Below are positions 6,085 through 9,000 of a DNA stretch of 9,000 nt, piece by piece. The notes beneath the pieces are model-generated. The model was given only the letters and a program-made list of their open reading frames with translations, did not search any database and was not told the DNA's origin. A program made the translations under genes and the position numbers. Source of the stretch: a virus (lineage: Duplodnaviria > Heunggongvirae > Uroviricota > Caudoviricetes); IMG/VR virus record IMGVR_UViG_2778261420_000011, positions 1 through 9,000 of that record; one strand, written 5' to 3'. Each line of letters starts with the position of its first letter. Position 1 is the first letter of the stretch.

Positions 6085-6774
6085 TCAATCTACTTTTGCA
6101 ACACTTTGCTTTGAAAATGCCGCCTTTTGTTTTGAACGTGTTCTCATTACAAACAATAAAGCCTCACTATCCAGTCGGTGAAAAATGTGTTTCATTGCAA
6201 CCCAGTGACGAGTAAATGTTTTGGACCAGTTTTTAGTTGTCACTCCCGCCAGTAATGCCAGCTCCTGGTATTCATAACCTTCCCCACCAAAAAGTTCTGC
6301 TTTTACTGCCTGCGCCGCCAGCCAGATTAATTTTTTCAGGCGTTCCTGCGTTTTCCCTGCAATTTTTCTGGTACCGGATTGAGTATTAAATTCATTCCAC
6401 GCCCACTGTGTTATCGCGATCTGATATTCCCAACAAATACTCCCGCTGTAACTCCACAACAACCAGGCTTTATGATGTTCTTCAAGAGACAGAACAGCCC
6501 GCCGCCACGATGATGTCGAAAACTCAACCGGACTGACCAGAGGAATTGACGTCCCCTTCGCCAGCGATTGTTTCCCCGGGATTGGTGGATTATCCCGCGT
6601 AATCATTTTTCCGGTCACTTCATCTCGGTACCGGATTTTTTTACGCCTGTAACGCCCTGTATCGAACATGGCATTCTCCTGCCAGGCTTCAAGCTGACCT
6701 TTTGTTGCCCCACTCAAATCAGCGGTGGCGATAATGAGCTGCTCACGCACAAACTGTAAATACTGGTTATTCAT
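6085..6774 (-). CDS. Putative late-gene antiterminator (Q-like by position; QuuQ-like), family not confirmed
   Basis: 229 aa from ATG 6774-6772, which abuts the rusA stop (ATGA overlap at 6771-6774). Sits immediately upstream of a terminator, the tRNAs and the lysis cassette, which is the canonical Q position. No Zn-finger or other motif I can recognise, so function is positional inference. Confidence 0.5.
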   Translation of the reverse strand: MNNQYLQFVREQLIIATADLSGATKGQLEAWQENAMFDTGRYRRKKIRYRDEVTGKMITRDNPPIPGKQSLAKGTSIPLVSPVEFSTSSWRRAVLSLEEHHKAWLLWSYSGSICWEYQIAITQWAWNEFNTQSGTRKIAGKTQERLKKLIWLAAQAVKAELFGGEGYEYQELALLAGVTTKNWSKTFTRHWVAMKHIFHRLDSEALLFVMRTRSKQKAAFSKQSVAKVD

Positions 6775-7130
6775 GCGCACTCCAGTTCTGTGATTTTTAT
6801 CCCCAGCCGCCCACCAGGAACGAGCTGACCGCGCACAATATTGATTTCATCAAACTGCTCGTCGTCTATAAGTAGTCCGGCATGCGTCAGCGCATCCAGT
6901 GGTGCCTTCAGGATATTGTCCAGGTCGCGGCGGCGCTTATCCGGTGGCTCTGCAATAATCTTTATCGCCAGCCTTCCGGACAGGTTTAATTTCAGCCGCT
7001 GCTGGCGAACAATAAGCGCCACAGCCCGGCGATAACGCTTTCCCTCCTCCGAGATAAAATATGTGCTGCCACGGCGTCGCCAGTAAGTATTCACCGTCGG
7101 TGGGTAAGGTAAAACCAAATCTATGGGCAT
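6771..7130 (-). CDS. rusA: Crossover junction endodeoxyribonuclease RusA (Holliday junction resolvase)
   Basis: 119 aa: MPIDLVLPYPPTVNTYWRRRG ... PDKRRRDLDNILKAPLDALTHAGLLIDDEQ ... GGRLGIKITELE shows the conserved RusA blocks including the acidic catalytic region DLDN...DAL...DD. ATG at 7130 with GAGGTG SD. Confidence 0.9.
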   Translation of the reverse strand: MPIDLVLPYPPTVNTYWRRRGSTYFISEEGKRYRRAVALIVRQQRLKLNLSGRLAIKIIAEPPDKRRRDLDNILKAPLDALTHAGLLIDDEQFDEINIVRGQLVPGGRLGIKITELECA

Positions 7131-7142
7131 CAGTCACCTCGT

Positions 7143-8192
7143 TTACCCGAGCACGCCAGTTGCAAAGGCGTGATCAAGAAAATGAAAAATTAACTCAACC
7201 TGGGACCCGTACTTTTTCTCAAACTCCAGCGGGTCAGCATGAAGTTCGTTGTGGTGCTCCCGGCACAACGGTAGTGTGAAAATATCGTGGGATTTTGTCC
7301 CCATACCGCCCTGCCCATGGCCAATCAGGTGATGCGGATCATCAGCTGGCTTTCCACAGCATGCACACGGCTGCGTCTTAACCCAGCGCGTGAACTTTTC
7401 ATTAACCCAGCGACGACGTTTAGGCCGTTTCATGAAAGATTCCGGGGACTCCGGATCAACGGCGATGCTTACTACCGTCTTTTCCTGTGGTGGATTTTGT
7501 TGCTGGTGGACGTGAGGTGGCAGCGCAATATTTTTTGTGCGCTGCTTCAGTATGCTGGGGGCTGTCTGTTCTCCCGGTACGATGTCGCTCTCACTATATA
7601 CGGAGCGGATTTTTTCCACCGGTAATCCCAGTGAACGACGCAATACAGACTCCGGAAGCGCATCAGCCACCTGATTGCAGACCGCCCACCAGGATAATTC
7701 GGCCAGCGATAACTCCCTCTCCTGCGTACCGCTGATTGCGTGACGGATGACGTCAATCATCCATGCTGACAGGTTTTGATGAGCAAGTTGCTCGAGTGAT
7801 TCGGATGTCTGGTCACGCAGCTGGTTGTCGCAGTGCCAGCACAACACCATTGCGCCGGTACCATAACGGTGAATGACGGTTTCGCTGTGATGATAATCGC
7901 CGTGTGGCCACTGGCAGGATTTAATATGGCGCAACAGCCAGTCAGACAATGCACCAGCACTACCAGCAGCACGAATTACCCGTGCATTACTGAAAAACGG
8001 CAGCAATGTTTTGTCTTCCACCAGCGGCTGGCGAACGGCAGGAACGACCCCGGACGGCAGATTACGCATGCTTTTCGGTTCCGGCTCCACCAGTACCCGG
8101 GTATTGTGGAATACCGGCATGGATTCACGGCCCGGCTTAACGACCACCAGCCCGAGTTCCGGTACCAGAACAGGTCGAAGTAATACCCGCAC
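7143..8192 (-). CDS. DUF968-family protein (YdfU-like) with C-terminal Cys/His HNH-like motif
   Basis: 349 aa; C-terminal CACCGKPADDPHHLIGHGQGGMGTKSHDIFTLPLCREHHNELH. Start codon is GTG at 8192-8190, preceded by a strong GGAGGT SD. Lies between rusA and a small upstream ORF, as ydfU does next to quuQ in Qin. Confidence 0.75.
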   Translation of the reverse strand: MRVLLRPVLVPELGLVVVKPGRESMPVFHNTRVLVEPEPKSMRNLPSGVVPAVRQPLVEDKTLLPFFSNARVIRAAGSAGALSDWLLRHIKSCQWPHGDYHHSETVIHRYGTGAMVLCWHCDNQLRDQTSESLEQLAHQNLSAWMIDVIRHAISGTQERELSLAELSWWAVCNQVADALPESVLRRSLGLPVEKIRSVYSESDIVPGEQTAPSILKQRTKNIALPPHVHQQQNPPQEKTVVSIAVDPESPESFMKRPKRRRWVNEKFTRWVKTQPCACCGKPADDPHHLIGHGQGGMGTKSHDIFTLPLCREHHNELHADPLEFEKKYGSQVELIFHFLDHAFATGVLG

Positions 8193-8193
8193 G

Positions 8194-8472
8194 TTACCTC
8201 CAGATGCGTTGCTGGAATGTGCGGGACGGACGCGGTGGGCGTTCGGAGTAAGGAAGCCTGACGGAGATTATCCAGTGACGATAATCGAGGCTGAGGGCTT
8301 TCTTAATCTCGTATCCGTATCTGCGGTAGCATTGAATTAGCCACTCGGCCTGTTCTTCAGTGCATGGGGCATGCTGGAACCAGTCAGATTTGAAAGTGCG
8401 GGAACGCCGCCCGTGCCTGCTGGCAAAGACGGCAGAATCATCAGAATTGTGTAATTTGGTATCGTGCGCCAT
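8194..8472 (-). CDS. Hypothetical small protein (Rem position of Qin prophage)
   Basis: 92 aa from internal ATG 8472-8470 (MAHDTKLHNSDD...). The track's longer start at 8553 would lie inside the upstream terminator U-tract. Stop TAA 8196-8194 is 1 nt from the GTG start of the DUF968 gene. Confidence 0.45.
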   Translation of the reverse strand: MAHDTKLHNSDDSAVFASRHGRRSRTFKSDWFQHAPCTEEQAEWLIQCYRRYGYEIKKALSLDYRHWIISVRLPYSERPPRPSRTFQQRIWR

Positions 8473-8540
8473 CGGTTGTCTCTGCTGGCGCAGCAGGTGC
8501 CAGTTGTTCAGGCTGGCGTGCGAATTGTAAACCAGAATGC

Positions 8541-8571
8541 CAGGAAAAAACAAAACCCGCCGAAGCGGGTT
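8541..8571 (-). terminator. Intrinsic terminator downstream of hok (minus strand)
   Basis: Minus-strand hairpin acccgc-ttcg-gcgggt (plus 8555-8570) followed by tttgttttttcctg (plus 8541-8554). Confidence 0.7.
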
Positions 8572-8610
8572 AAGTGCGGGTGCGTTGAGGATGCCTGACT
8601 CATCAGAGGT

Positions 8611-8632
8611 GGCGAGGGATTTCTCCCTCGCC
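8611..8632 (-). other. Perfect 8-bp stem-loop (ggcgaggg-atttct-ccctcgcc) in the hok 3' untranslated region
   Basis: Read directly, just 3' of the hok stop at 8640. Hok-family mRNAs carry structured 3' ends involved in fold-back inhibition; assigning that role here is inference. Confidence 0.5.
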
Positions 8633-8639
8633 TGGTCTC

Positions 8640-8795
8640 TTACTCCTCAGGTTCGTAAGCTGTGAAGACAGCGACCTCCGTCTGGCCGGTTCGGATTCGT
8701 ACCTCGCAGAGGTCTTTCCTCGTTACCAGTGCCGTCACTATGACGGTTAAACAGATGACGATCAGGGCGATTAACATCGCCTTTTGCTGCTTCAT
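8640..8795 (-). CDS. hokD: Hok/Gef-family type I toxin (HokD/RelF-like), 51 aa
   Basis: MKQQKAMLIALIVICLTVIVTALVTRKDLCEVRIRTGQTEVAVFTAYEPEE matches E. coli HokD as I recall it. AAGGAG SD 9 nt upstream of ATG 8795. The track's 70-aa version (start 8852) is an in-frame upstream extension. Confidence 0.85.
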   Translation of the reverse strand: MKQQKAMLIALIVICLTVIVTALVTRKDLCEVRIRTGQTEVAVFTAYEPEE

Positions 8796-9000
8796 AGCCT
8801 GCTTCTCCTTGCCTTTCGGCACGTAAGAGGCTAACCTAGATTTGCCGTTCATAGATTGAGCCTCAGATTAATGTTAAGCGTCTTGCAGGACGCGTAATGT
8901 TAACTGGGGCTTTTCTCTATCTGCCTTTGGTGTTCATGCCTGAGACAGATAGCCTCAAGCACCCGCAGTAATTTTACATAAAGGTTATGGTTCCTTTCAA

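Noticed and set aside
5988-6215. 75-aa plus-strand ORF
   Set aside because: Begins inside the terminator hairpin and runs antisense into the Q-position gene; no SD.
6568-8340. Plus-strand ORFs 6568-6759, 6841-7035, 7061-7279, 7287-7625, 7487-7735, 7833-8183, 8011-8340 and minus-strand ORFs 6937-7137, 7547-7756, 7757-7972
   Set aside because: All overlap the rusA or DUF968 coding regions in other frames or antisense; no independent support.

Overview
This window reads as the late-gene arm of a lambdoid (Qin/DLP12-like) enterobacterial prophage, almost certainly from Escherichia coli, with nearly all genes on the minus strand. From high to low coordinates: Hok type I toxin (8640-8795), a small ORF plus a DUF968-like protein (8194-8472, 7143-8192), RusA resolvase (6771-7130), a Q-position putative antiterminator (6085-6774), a terminator, a promoter and four tightly packed tRNA genes (5565-5874), then the lysis cassette: S21-type pinholin, an inserted hypothetical gene, SAR endolysin, Rz with embedded Rz1 (3647-5272). 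On the plus strand sits bor (3322-3615). Below that are an HNH endonuclease (2446-2796), terminase small subunit (1082-1564) and a 3'-truncated terminase large subunit (1-1082). All identifications rest on reading the translations and recalling known families; no database search was run. The best candidate for something undescribed is an AT-rich, opposite-strand 171-aa gene (1795-2310) inserted into the otherwise conserved HNH-terS packaging module; I cannot assign it a function. Secondary leads are an unlisted 40-codon ORF with a consensus Shine-Dalgarno (3019-3141) and two long perfect inverted repeats between the tRNA array and the holin (5434-5558).
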